DNA of 64,000 nt from Torpedo marmorata (taxonomy: Eukaryota): contig OZ360236.1 in the NCBI GenBank assembly GCA_977017645.1, positions 26,846,001 to 26,910,000 of the forward strand, given 5' to 3'. Every line of letters starts with the position of its first letter. Within the stretch, counting starts at the first letter, position 1. The position numbers and the translations under genes were made by a program. The notes beneath the pieces are model-generated. The model did not search any database and was not told the DNA's origin. It saw only the letters and a program-made list of their open reading frames with translations. Shown here piece after piece: positions 51,771-64,000 of the stretch.

Positions 51771-52399
51771 AAATTGGGTACAAATACAGTGGACATTTGC
51801 TGTTATCCTCTGTCATTTCATAGGAAATCTGGTTCTCACTGTTAATGGAAACATGTTTTGTTTCAAGCAATGTACAAGATCTTGTGTGTAATTTGAGAAC
51901 ATCTGCACAGTTTTTGGAAAGTACCACTTCAAAAAATGGCTATAACTCACACATTTTATTGCAGTAGAGATAAATGTCTTGTATTTCTAGCAGGTAGAAG
52001 TGGCATTTATGGAAATGTTAATAGATGCACAAGCTTCAATCCCAAGATGTTTCTTTTCCTTGCACATATTTCTCAGTAGAGTAGCAATCATGGATGAATG
52101 GATTTGCAATGGCTTTCAATCATTTTTTTTTATTCCTGATAGTTCTATGGCTAGTTACTTCCTGAATTCTTTGTGTTAACATAAAAATCTATGATGTAAC
52201 TGGACTTCCAAAAGGCACTAGATAAACTATTGACATTCCCAAGGATGGGCTCAGGCCCAAAATGTCTACTGCTTTATACTTCCTGTGGATGTTGTGTGAC
52301 CTGCTGAGATTCTCCAGCACTTTTGTGTATTGGATTAAATAAATTAGTTCACTGAAGGCTATTCATATATTTCAAAACAGTTAAGTTTCAATTAAATAG

Positions 52400-52662
52400 A
52401 AATTTTAAATGTAAATTTGGACATACAGCACAGTAACAAGTCCTTTCGGCCCACGACGCTGTGCCACCCAATTACACCCAATTGACTTGCAACCTCCATA
52501 GGTTTTGGACGGTAGGAGGAAACCGGAGTACCCGGGGGAATCCCACGCAGACACGGGGAGAATGTACATACTCCTTACAGACAGCACCAGATTCGAACCC
52601 CGGTCTCGATCGCTGGCGCTGTAACAACGATGCGCTAACTGCTACACTAACCGTGCTGCCCC
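52400..52662 (-). mobile_element. tRNA-derived SINE with V-domain-like core and CR1-like tail (HE1-like)
   Basis: Minus strand: A-box-like cacggttagtgtagcagttag, B-box ggttcgaatc, core ttctccccgtgtctgcgtggg, tail gggccgaaagg...gtgctgtatgtc. Confidence 0.85.
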
Positions 52663-53439
52663 TTTCAGATTTCAGAGGAAATCTTGGGATGATAGACATT
52701 GGTTCAAGATAGAAGACATTGAGAACTTGAGCTCTCATTTATGGTGATTAGTGATACTGATTGTTATGCCTCTGTGATCAATATTGAGACCACTATTATT
52801 GGGATTCAATGTAGCTGATATTATTTGCACGTACTGGTGGAAATAAAAGGGAATGTTGATTGCCATGTTTCCTGTTGTTCTCTAGCTGCCATAGAATTGC
52901 TGTGGGAGCAAGCAGGGGTCCAGGAGGAAGTATTCCATTGCTTTGGTGTCAAACAAGTCAATGTGCTTGGTGAGAGAATGCACAGCATGACCACATGTGA
53001 AGAATATCACTCAGAACCTAGAGCAGAGGATGAAATTTAACAATCCCAACTGTAAAACTGAGGGCATGAGAATTCAATCGCAGTTTCAGTTTCTCAGGAA
53101 GATAACTATGAGTGTGGCGTGAACTTGGTTCACTTGTGTACTGGACACTACTGTTCCATCTGAGAATGGTTGCACTCAGTAAAGGGTGTTCTGCTATTAA
53201 CTCTGTTTTGTCTGAGTAATGGTACTTGCATGAATACTAAAGAAATCCAAAACAACCAACTAACTGGCTTGGTGAGACCTTCGATATTTTTTTTACATTT
53301 ATTTATTCACAGGAGAAATGTTCCTTCCCCAAGTACCTGCTGTGACCAGGGAGTTTTCAATTTACAGGGCTACATGCAGTAACCGTTCGAAATCTGTTAC
53401 CCAGGGCAGTATATCTCAACTTTATCACCCGAGAGTTAT

Positions 53440-53900
53440 GTTTCGTGATGTAAAAACACAGAAATACTGGAGGAACTCAGCAGGTCTTGCATTATCCGTA
53501 GGAGGTAAAGATATAAATTTAGACATACAGCACGGTAACAGGCTATTTCGGCCCACGGGTCCGTGCCGCCCAATTTACACCCCATTAACCTACACCCCCG
53601 GTATGTTTTGAACAGTGGGAGGAAACCAGAACTCTCAGAGAAAACCCACGCAGACACGGGGAGAACGTACAAACTCCTTACAGACGCGGTATTCAAACCC
53701 CATCCCGGTCCCAATCGCTAGCGCTGTAAAGGCGTTGCGCTAACCGGTATGCCAACCGTGCCGCCCAATAATATATAACCTATATAAGATATGAAGATAT
53801 ATCTTTACCTCCTACGGACGCTGCGAAACCTGCTGAGTTCCTTCAGAATTTCTGTGTTTTTACTGCAATTACAGTGTCTGCAGAATTTCCTGTTTCACAT
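53440..53900. mobile_element. Palindromic PLE-pLTR-derived element with a SINE at its centre
   Basis: 53450-53515 is an inverted repeat of about 53797-53863. Confidence 0.75.
53514..53767 (-). mobile_element. Second copy of the tRNA-derived SINE
   Basis: Colinear with 52400-52662. Confidence 0.85.
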
Positions 53901-54639
53901 ATTTTGTGATGTGTCTGTTTGGTGCCCTGCCCATTGCAATATGTTCAGGCAAAGAACTCGGTTTCAATAACCGTTCAATTTAAATGCAGCAGGCATATAC
54001 CTGTTTTGCCTAATTTTAGCTGCAGAAATTGCAGGTCAAATTTCCTTCAACTAATCCACTGCCGGAGAGGTTCGAGCTCTGTGCAACGTTGGACAATCTA
54101 CTCTTTAATGGAATTTGTCTCGAGGCTTTTTTTGAAACTCAACATTGGTATTCCAGCCTTGGCCTTGCAACATTTTATATTTTTGAGCTGTGGGATTTGA
54201 ATGTAATATTTATGCAAATTTGTCACATAACCAAATAAAGAGATTGCCTTGGGATGAACAATAAGGAAAAGCCTACATGTCATAACAGTAGCTTTGTAAG
54301 CTCCAAATCCATAAGCATGAGGATGTATGAAAAGTATGGAAAGTTAGTGTGATTATTGAAACAAAAGATTAGATTATTGTACTTCCGTGTGACAGCTCTG
54401 GATCTTTCATTGTCAGGGGAAATGGCGAAGTGCGTGTTAAATGATTGATTGCAGAGGAAGATGTCAAAGGTAGTTAGGGAAAAGGATGGCCTGCCATTTT
54501 TCGGTTGCTCCAAGAGCAGGTTTTGCATGTGCTGCGACACGCTTTGTCCTTTCTCTTATTGATGACCAAAGCTCATTTTCCTGATTTATATCGGGTCAAA
54601 ACCAACTCCAGCGACACAGTCATTGTCACCTGCTGCTCT

Positions 54640-54721
54640 TCATCTCAGTTCACAGAAAAGGTGGTCGGCAAAGTGAACTTGATATTTAAGAAAAAGTCTT
54701 GGTCGGCATTTTTCGCATTTC
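54640..54721 (-). other. Candidate last coding exon of an unidentified host gene (KCEKCRPRLFLKYQVHFADHLFCELR*)
   Basis: Modest acceptor ccttctgtgttgtaag; phase-compatible with candidate exon 59369-59405. Confidence 0.3.
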
Positions 54722-54867
54722 CTTACAACACAGAAGGTGACATTGAGCCCATCGGGTCAGTGCTGGTTCCTAGGGGTCCATTCCCCCACATTTCTCTATA
54801 ATTTACACTCACATTCTGATTTAAACTTTTTCCATCCACTGCTCCCCAATATTTCTCCGACCATCCA

Positions 54868-55370
54868 TTTCAAGATTCAAGATTTAAGATTCAAGATTCA
54901 AGATTCCTTTATTGTCATGTAATAAAAACAGTGCAATATTATACGGAATTTGCTTTCGTCTGCCGTAAGGCTGACACATTCGCCATCGGCAGAAACTGCC
55001 TGAAGCGCCTCTTACAGTCAGAGAAAGAGAAGCAAGAGAGTCCCCTCAGAGTCCCTGAGTGTCCGTGGATTTGTCGCTGCAGCCACACAAAGTCCAGTCC
55101 AAACCATCAGCGCCCGACCTCCGGTCCGAACCTCCGACACGATCAGGAAACCTTCAGCCCTCGGCACCCTCTCGCATCCCAGTTCTAATACCTGGAACCC
55201 CTTCAGCCAGTCTTGAGCCAGTCTCCAGCAGTCCACCACCTGGTGTGAATCCCTTGACAGCAGTCGCCAGCAGCCCGCAGTCTGTGTGTTCTTCAGCGCA
55301 GAACCCCTCACTGGTACGCCGCCGTGGTCACCGTCCCATGAGTTTGTCTCCTCTGCTTCTCCTTCTCAAA
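54868..55370 (-). mobile_element. Non-coding retroelement with Rex1-type (caagatt)n tail
   Basis: Tandem caagatt followed by tttattgtcatg, as at other Rex1 ends; body not recognisably coding. Confidence 0.5.
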
Positions 55371-56129
55371 CGGGGGGATGTACTCCCCATTTTCTGGTAC
55401 CCTGCGCCAGTTCCACTATGGGCAAGTGAAAATGAACAAATGGCGGTGCCAACGTGAGGCCAGGAGAAGGAGTGGTGCCGAGGCCTTCCCGTGCCTATCC
55501 GTAGGGTCCTACTGCCCGGCTGTCCCGCCTGGTAGTCCCCAGTACAGGTTCAATCGCCATCAGGAATTGGGCCAATGGTGGTTTTTGCTTCCATCAATGA
55601 CCTTGGAGGTCCACATCCAAGATGGCAGTGCCCAGGTTTGTCAAATTGATGGGTAAGAGTTGTCCCAGCTGGTCCTGCTCACTGTAGTTTTCTCAATCTA
55701 CAAATGAATATTAGAGACTTTCTGTGCATCTGCAGCTTTGCTGCAGATTTTCACATCTCAGTGCTATGCATATTGGTGCAAAGTAAAAGCCCTAAAAATT
55801 CTTCAGGGTTGAACAATGAGTATTGAACTGATGCCGCAGAGGGTACAATTTTTTAGTCAAGTTCATGAGTAAGTGATGTTCTAATTTGCATAATGTTATA
55901 AAAGTAGAAACCCAAAAAGTAGGCCATTCATGCTAATAAGCAATCGTGCTAGTTTTTAAATATCTCTGAATATCAAAAACATAAAATATATTCCCAGCTC
56001 TGACCAATATCCTTCCATCTCTTAGCCTTGCCTCTTGTTCAAGACTGTTCATGTGTTCCAGGGGTGGGGCCTTGGTAGCATACCACCTGAACTCTGGTCA
56101 TCATTGAGGTATTGTTATGCCTGGTGGAC

Positions 56130-58392
56130 AGAACATAGAACATAGAATACTACAGCACAGTACAGGCCCTTCGGCCCTCGATGTTGTGCCGACCCATATA
56201 TTCCTTAAAAATAGTACTAAACCCTCCCTACCCCGTAACCCTCGATTTTTATTACATCCATATGCCTGTCTAGGAGTCTCTTAAATAACCCTAATGTTTC
56301 AGCCTCCACCACCATCCCTGGCAAGGAATTCCAGTCTCCTCTCATCCTTCTACGCTCCAAAGAAAAAAGTCCCAGCTCTGCTAACCTTGCCTCATAAGAT
56401 TTATTTTCCAATCCAGGTAACATCCTGTTAAATCTCCTCTGCACCCTCTCCATAGCTTCCACATCCTTCCTGTAATGAGGTGACCAGAACTGAACACAAT
56501 ACTCTAAGTGTGGTCTCACCAGAGATTTGTAGAGTTGCAACGTGACCTCTCTACTCTTGAACTCAATCCCCCTATTAATGAAGCCCAGCATCCCATAGGC
56601 CTTCTTAACTATCCTATCAACCTGTGCGGCGACCTTGAGGGATGTATGGATTTGGACCTCAAAGTCCATCTGTTCATCCACACTCTTAAGTAACTGACCA
56701 TTAACCCTGTACTCAGCCTTCTGGTTTATCCTTCCAAAATGCATCACCTCACACTTATCTGTATTGAACTCCATCTGCCACTTTTCCGCCCAACTGCATT
56801 CTGTCTATATCCTTCTGTAACCTTCGACAACCTTCAGTTCCATCCACAACTCCTCCAACCTTCGTATCATCCGCAAACTTACTGACCCATCCTTCCTCCT
56901 CTTCATCCAGGTCATTTATAAAAATCACAAAGAGCAGGGGTCCCAGAACAGATCCTTGTGGTACTCCACTAGTCACTGATCTCCAGGAAGAATACTTTCC
57001 TTCTACTACTACACTCTGCTTTCTACCTGCAAGCCAATTTTTTATCCACACAGCCAAGGTTCCATGGATCCTATGCTTCAAGACTTTCTGAACGAGTCTC
57101 TCATGGGGGACCTTGTCAAATGCCTTACTAAAATCCATGTAGACCACATCTACCGCCATACCCTCATCAATTTCTTTTGTTACCTTCTCAAAAACTCAAT
57201 TAGGCTCGTGAGGCTCGACCTTCCCTTTACAAAGCCATGCTGAGTATCCTTGAGTAGACTGTACTTCTCCAAATGCTCATAGATCCTATCCTTAAGAATC
57301 CTCTCCAATAGTTTGCACACCACTGACGTAAGACTCACTGGTCTATAATTCCCAGGATTCTCCCTATAACCTTTTTTAAACAAGGGGACTACATTTGCCA
57401 TTCGCCAATCCTTCGGCACCTCCCCTGCGGCCAAAGAGGACTCAAAGATCATAGCTACTGCCCCAGCTATCTCTTCCCTCACTTCCCACAGCAACCTGGG
57501 GTATATCGCCTCCGGCCCAGGGACTTATCAATCTTAATGTTTTTAAGAAGATCCAACATTTCCTCTTCCTTAATCTCAACAATGTCCAGCACACAAGCCT
57601 GTTCTATTCCAACCTCACCCTGATCAAGGTCCTTTTCTCTTGTGAATACTGAAGCAAAGTATTCATTTAGGACCTCCCCAACCTCTTCCGCCTCCAGGCA
57701 CGTTGCCTCCTTTATCCTTTAGCGGCCCCACCTTCATTCTCATCATCCTTCTGTTCTTCACATACGCATTGAATGCCTTGGGATTCTCCTTAATCCTACA
57801 TGCCAAGGCCTTCTCATGCCCCCTTCGAGCTCTCCTAAGTCCTTTCTTAAGCTCCTTCCTGGCTACCATATACTTCTCATGAGCCCTTCTTGTTTCCTGC
57901 TTCCTATATCTAATATATGCTTCCTTCTTCCTCTTGACTAGCTGCCTCACCTGTTTCGTCAACCATGGTTCCCTTTTCCTACCATCTTTTCCTTGTCCCA
58001 GTGGGACAAACCTATCCTGAAACCAGCACAAGTGGTCCCTAAACTTCCTCCACATTAGTTCTGTGCTTTCTCCCTTGAACATGTGTTTCCAATTTACTCT
58101 CGCTAGTTCCTGCCTCATCCCATCATAATTAGCCCTTCCCCAATTAAGCACTTTCCCATTTTGTCAGCTTTTATCCTTTTCCAAAGCTATGCTAAAGCTC
58201 AGGGAGTTGTGGTCACTCTCACCAAAATGCTCCCCCACCGAGTGGTCCGCCACCTGACCAGGTTCATTACCCAAAATTAGATTCAGTATGGCCTCTCCTC
58301 TCGTCGGCTGGTCCACATACTGTGTCAGGAATCCTTCTTGGACACACCTGACAAATTCAGCCCCATCTATCCCTCTTGCAGTAAGGAGGTGC
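56130..58392 (-). mobile_element. CR1 LINE, 5'-truncated in the endonuclease region, frameshifted
   Basis: ORFs 57663-58151, 57180-57494 (NYRPVSLTS), 56755-57159 ([19 protein letters not shown]), 56217-56774; (agaacat)n tail. Confidence 0.93.
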
Positions 58393-59368
58393 CTCCTTTG
58401 TTCTGTCTTTGATACTTGTCAGAGGATCTGCTCTCTGCACCTGCCCCAAGTAAGTTCAGGTGGATGGAGACTTCAGGCAGTGAGATGAGGCACTGGACTG
58501 AATCAAGCTTGTTTCAGCACCATACTTGTCACCTTTCACTATTCGAGGTGACTTTTGTTTAACATTTTGACAAATAAAGTTGGAGTAATGAATTAGGTTA
58601 AAAAAATGGTTGTGAAGTAGAAATTGACTGTAAAATGATGTGATGCTTTGAAGCTTCTTTCTCAGCTGCCTTTGAATTTGATTTTATTGCATTAAGTACA
58701 TGACTTCAAGCCCTCATACCTTGCAGAAAAGTGGAAATGTTGTTTCTTCTACCTGAAATGGAATAACAGCCTTTCTAAGAGTAATAAAATGTAAATCATC
58801 AGTCTCTGAAAGAAAATTCATTATTCTTTTGGCTCAAATGCCTATTGATATGCAAGATTTATTCCACTGCTTAACATGTATTAAATAAAAACAAAGACTA
58901 CATCAGATTTCCAGTGCACATGGGTAATCATCTAATTATAACAGAAGTATTATTTAATTTAGTCAAGTGACAGAAGAATTAGGGAAAGATTGGAATGGAG
59001 TATTTTATAACACCCAGCTGTGGCACAGCCGGTAATATTCTGATCTGTGAGCCCGAAGGCTTCTGATTCAAGTTGCACTTTAGGATCTTGAGTTAAAACT
59101 CCAGACTGATGCTACAGTTCTGAAGGACTGTGACACTGTTCAAGATCCTGTTAAGGGAAGATGTTAAAGGCAAGGTCATGTCTGCACTCCCAGCTGGATG
59201 TGAAAATTGTGGTGATAAATATTGAAAAAACGCAGTGGTTTTTGGTGTCCTGGGAAATATTTGTCCTTCCGATCATCTTTACTAAAACAGGTTATCAGGT
59301 CATCGTCACATTATTGTTTGTGTATGCAGATCAGCTGCTACTCTGCTCATGTTAAGATCGTTTCTTAC

Positions 59369-59405
59369 CTGTGAAGTGTGTTTTGACAATCTGTTTTCAA
59401 ATATA
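59369..59405 (-). other. Candidate 37-nt internal exon (xYLKTDCQNTLHR)
   Basis: Acceptor ttccttgcag and consensus donor CAG|GTAAGA. Confidence 0.3.
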
Positions 59406-60307
59406 CTGCAAGGAATTTCAGATTTCCAACATTTGTAATATTTTGCTTTTCTGCACTGCAAGTAAACGTTATGTGAATTTTATTCTTTGTCCATTGCATA
59501 ATGTATTCAATGCCTATTTTAGATGAAGGACTGCTGCAGTATTGACTCCATAAGATCTGCTCTTCACTATTCATGTGTTGTACTTTCATCGTGCACCCGC
59601 GTATGCATTTTCAAAAAAATACGAACCTGTCGATTGTCCAGCCAGAAATGATGTGCATACATTTTAACAACCATATTCATCAAGCAGAGGAATACTGAAC
59701 CGAAGAACCAGCAAAGTACTCTCCGGAACATTAGTCAGAACGTGCAAACAAAGAGCCAAAGAGGAATAAAGAACCAGAATGTACAATTTCAGTTCATCTA
59801 TCTAATTCCGTTGTTAAAAAGCAATGTACAGTACACTGCCCAAATTCCTTAATTGATTTGCTTGCCAAAGGTCTGCTCATCTCCTTCTAAAATTATTGCT
59901 GCTATCAGCCTTGACATCTTTCTCAGGCAATCCATTTCAAGCTTTCAATCCCTTCAGTATGAAATAGTTCCATTGAATATGTTCATTCATCTTTCTTTGT
60001 TCAGAGTTTCATTTTGCAAACTTTTGTTGTCATATCTGGCCCATGTTAAACAGTTTCAGGGAGTTTTATTTCCCATATGCTTTTGCTTTTTCATACCTCT
60101 TCATAAAATTCTTCTTGGATCTTTGTTCCCAAATATAAACCAACGTAGCTTTTGTGGTTTATGCTGCAGAGAGGAATGTTTTCTGAATGACATGTTAGAA
60201 GGTGGCACCTTGGAGGTGGGCGCCATGGAAGTGGGAAACTGTGGTTGACACACAGGATGTGTTGACAGAAAATCTGTGAGGGCTTAGACAGGCCAAAAGG
60301 CATAGAA

Positions 60308-60445
60308 GTAAAACATAAAATCTGCAGACACCATGGTTGAAGTAAAACCACAATGCTGGAGAAACTCAGCAGGTCAAACAGCGTACTTTATATAGCAAAG
60401 ATAAAGATACATAACTGATGTTTCGGGCTAAAGCCCTTCATCAAT
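60308..60445 (-). mobile_element. Solo PLE pLTR fragment beginning at the hammerhead core
   Basis: Minus strand ttgatgaagggctttagcccgaaacatc...acctgctgagtttctccagca. Confidence 0.85.
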
Positions 60446-61744
60446 GTAGGGTTAGGATCAGTTTTATTTCAACAGGGGTTTAATAACAACAAGTATAATG
60501 TTCAAAAATTAACTCAGTTAGGATAATGGTTGTTTTCTATTTATACATTTTACTTTCTTTATTGTGGAGCAGGAGAACCCTTAGTCCATGTTAAATCTGT
60601 AGTCTACCATCTCTCCCAATTGCTTCCTTAGATCATACCTCATTGTCTGGCCTAGTATTTAAACAATCTTTGTATTTTTTTCCAATTTTGGGGAACTACT
60701 TGAGGTGTTGTGACTGGCAACCATAATTCACCTGCAAATAACAAGTGAGGCCTATTTTGTATTGACTCACCAGTGGTTGTCTTGGGTGAAAATGAATACT
60801 TTGTGCTGGTCTGGGATTGTGGTTCTGCTTGGCCTAGTTTTAGATTCTGAGCTATCATTTCTGTTCTATACCTCCATAATAACATTCCATCATGAATATT
60901 ATGAACAGACGGATCCAATTTAATTGAAAGGTTATGGCATCATCAAGTAACAGAAAGAAAAGCTAAGGTGAATCATACGAGTTAGCAGAACATTGTGTGT
61001 CTTGTTTTATTAAAATATTTGGGGTACTTTGTTTAACTGCAGTTTTAGCATGCTGTCACGTCATATTCACCAAGATTTGTCACTGCTTAGTCATAAAGAT
61101 ATAAAAGGATTAATGATTGTAACACTATTAAAGTCACAAAAAAGTTGCAATGGAAAACTTTCCTTCCCAAATTTTGATTTCAAAATAGTGAAACAAACTC
61201 CTTGAGTGAAAAATGTTTGGGCTCCTTAATTTCCATGACAGTTACATTTCCCACATTTAAGGTCCAATCAAATTATTTAGTATTCACTAAGTAATTTAAA
61301 TTTTGACCTTGTAGATCATTAATGTACAATTAGATATCAATTGGTTTCCTGTACAATGCTATCAGAATTCTGATCAATGACTTAGAATACAAGGTTGGAA
61401 TGGCAGCTGTTCATCCCTCAGCATCCAGAATAATCAAGCTCAATTTGTGAAACTTGCTGGCAGAATTGAGGCATACTTTCACTAGCAAAGTCAATAACAA
61501 TTATGGAATCAGCTAAATTACTTTTGTGTAGTCTTGCAGATTCTGTAAATGATGCCTGCACTGACTCAGGTACAGATAGAATAGAATATAAAGGCAGGAA
61601 TAAGTGATGAAATAACTGGTAGGAGAAAAATAACATGAGATTCAAGATTCAAGATTCAATTTATTGTCATAGTAATAAGACAGTGTCTTATATCTATCTA
61701 TATCTATCCATATCTAAGGGAGATGAGATTACTGAAAGAGGCTG

Positions 61745-62358
61745 ACAATGGCATCATGAAGAAAGCAGGTCAGCACCTCTACTTCCTCAGGAGTTTACAG
61801 AGGTTTGGTATGACATCAGAAACCCTGGCAAATTTCTACAGATGTGTGGTGGAAAGTTTGCTGACCGGCTGCATCACGGTCTGGTATGGGAACACCAATA
61901 CCCCTGAGCGGAAAGCCCTGCAAAAGTAGTGGATTCAGTCCAGGACATCACAGGCAAACCCTCCTTACCTTAGAGAACATCTACAAGGAACACTGCCGTC
62001 GGAGAACAGCAGCAATCATCAAGGATCCAGCACAAGCTCTCTTCTCGCTGCTACCATCAGGAAAGAGGTATAGGTGCCACAAGACTCTCACCATCAGGTT
62101 CAGGAACAGCTTCTACCCCTCCACCACCAGACACCTCGACAACAAACTCAATCAGGGACTTATTTAAGGACTCTTACTTTTCCACTTTATTGATTTTATT
62201 TTCTCTCTGTATTGCACAGTTTGTTTACATTTCTTTATTTGTTTACATGTGTATTTTTTTTTAACTACCAATAATTGGTAATTTTGCCTCGCCCACAGGA
62301 ATAAGAATTTCAGGGTTGTATATGATTTCATGTATGTACTCTGACAATAAATCTGAAA
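61745..62358 (+). mobile_element. Rex1-like LINE 3' fragment
   Basis: KKAGQHLYFLRSL, FYRCVVESLLTGCITVWYGN and LFSLLPSGKRYR motifs; 3' end ctgacaataaatctgaaat. Confidence 0.88.
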
Positions 62359-62964
62359 TAGGAAATCTGAATCCCTTGGTGCCCAAAATAACTGGAGGAA
62401 AGGGGAAGTCTGGTTTAGCAGCTGATGCTCAGAGACAGTAAAATTCGAGGAACTGCACATACTTCCCTGCAGCACAGAAGAGGTCCATTCAGCCCACTGA
62501 TTATGAAGCTCTCAGATCAGCATCTAACCCATTTCCTCCATGTATCTCCATGTAACCCATCCTTTTGCCAATACCCACTCACTCACCCCCCACCCACACC
62601 CCCGCCGATTCTCCTGCCTTCTATCCACAGTAGTGACCAACAGCCAATTAATCTATCAGCACATCATTGTAATGTGGAATGCAACTGGGGAAATCCACTA
62701 AGTAACAGGGAAAATGCACAAAATCCACACAGCCGGCAGACAAGGTCAGGATAAATCCCAATTTTTTGAAGTTGTGAATCAGCAGGAATCTATTGCACCA
62801 ATCCACAGCAACGTGTGAGGCAAAATATAGCACCCAGGCCAAAATAGAAGCAGAAACCTTGGAGCTAAAGGCTTTCCAATACAAACTAGAAGCCAGAATG
62901 GTGGGACAACAGTCTGGTGCATGCTTACTGGAGAGTGCTTCTGGCAGTGACTGCCACCCAACAT

Positions 62965-63338
62965 CACAGTCACCAGACTTCACTCCATCGAGGACATCTT
63001 CATGAGGCGGTGTCTTCAAAAAGCAGCCTCTGTCCTCAAAGACCCCCACCACCCAGGCCATGCCCTCTTCACTCTGCTACCATCGGGAAAAAGGTACAGG
63101 AGCCTAAAGACGAGCACTCAATGGCACAAGGACAGCTTCTTCCCCGCTGCCATCAGATTCCTGAATAATCAATGAACCAAAGACACTGCCTTACTTTTCG
63201 TGCACTATTATTTATATATATTTTTTAATAGTAATGTCGTAAGATGGTTATAATATGAATGTTTGCACTATGATGCTGCCGCAAAACACCGAATTTCATG
63301 ACTTGTTCATGACAATAAATTCTGATTCTGATTCTGAA
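62965..63338 (+). mobile_element. Rex1-like LINE short 3' fragment
   Basis: ctcttcactctgctaccatcgggaaaaaggtacagg; (ttctga)n tail. Confidence 0.85.
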
Positions 63339-63856
63339 GATGAGCCACAATCCTACTGAGCGCTAAGTAGACTTGGGGAGCTCTGTAGCTGCTTCCTGCT
63401 CCTGGTGTGTATTAACTTCCCAGTTGTGTATTACGGTGAATGATTTCAACCTATGCTGTGCCTGTATTTCTTGGCTTGGATTTGTGCATTTGAACTCTCA
63501 GAGCTTTTTGATTTTCTTTACAGTTTTGCCAGAATCATGGCTAAGTTATCAGTTGTCTTTATATAATTCTTTTGTTGAAATTGTCAAACTCTGCACAGTC
63601 ATGTTTTAAAATCATTGATTATCTGTCCATATGGCATGATCCCTTCATTATCTTCTGTGATCTTTCTGACCTTGTAAAAAGTGCAATGCAAAGTAATGAA
63701 AGATTCATGCAGGGAATGTATTAAAGTGGTTCTTAGCCAGTAATAAAGAACTTTCATGAACAAAACCTTGCTTTAAAACAACGAATGGCATAAAATTTAT
63801 GGTCATGCAAGTTCATAAATGCAGTACAAAGGAAGCAAGACAATATATTAGCAGTT

Positions 63857-64000
63857 AATACACAAAAGTGCTGGAGAAACTCAGCAGGTCCCGCAGCATC
63901 GATTGGAGGCAAAGTTACATAACCAGCGCTTCGGGGCTGAACCCTTCGCCAAGATATGAGCAAAAAGCAGGCAGGCACCTGAATAAAAAGGTGGATGGAG
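63857..64000 (-). mobile_element. PLE pLTR fragment of a diverged subfamily, running off the window
   Basis: gctggagaaactcagcagg and a degenerate hammerhead motif at about 63918-63958. Confidence 0.7.

Noticed and set aside
52590-52662. tRNA-like sequence with A/B boxes
   Set aside because: SINE head joined to a V-domain-like core and LINE tail; not a tRNA gene.
60637-60731. AG...GT-bounded exon-like segment on the minus strand
   Set aside because: Stops in all three frames.

Overview
Vertebrate nuclear DNA made up almost entirely of nested, decaying transposons. The HE1/V-SINE-like SINEs and the CR1, Rex1 and Penelope families suggest a shark or ray (inference). Contents: five AT-rich L1-clade LINE copies, one full length at 38239-44045 with a 15-bp TSD; several CR1 and Rex1 LINE fragments; Penelope-like elements (PLEs) with hammerhead-ribozyme pseudo-LTRs; two BEL/Pao LTR elements; one Gypsy element; two solo LTRs; an internally deleted Chapaev3-like DNA transposon; a TA-flanked MITE; two tRNA-derived SINEs. 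No intact host gene is recognisable, only weak candidate terminal exons. Most notable: (1) BEL/Pao copy A (11041-16524) has lost RT-RNaseH-integrase, and in their place carries ~1.1 kb of coiled-coil coding sequence that joins the protease linker in frame and includes an intronless segment resembling the host gene MIPOL1; (2) the Gypsy element has no tRNA primer site but a perfect 14-nt PBS complementary to its own LTR, suggesting self-priming; (3) all four BEL LTRs end TG...TA rather than TG...CA, and the Gag begins with a SAP-like motif. Family and gene assignments come from motif recognition and recall, not database searches.
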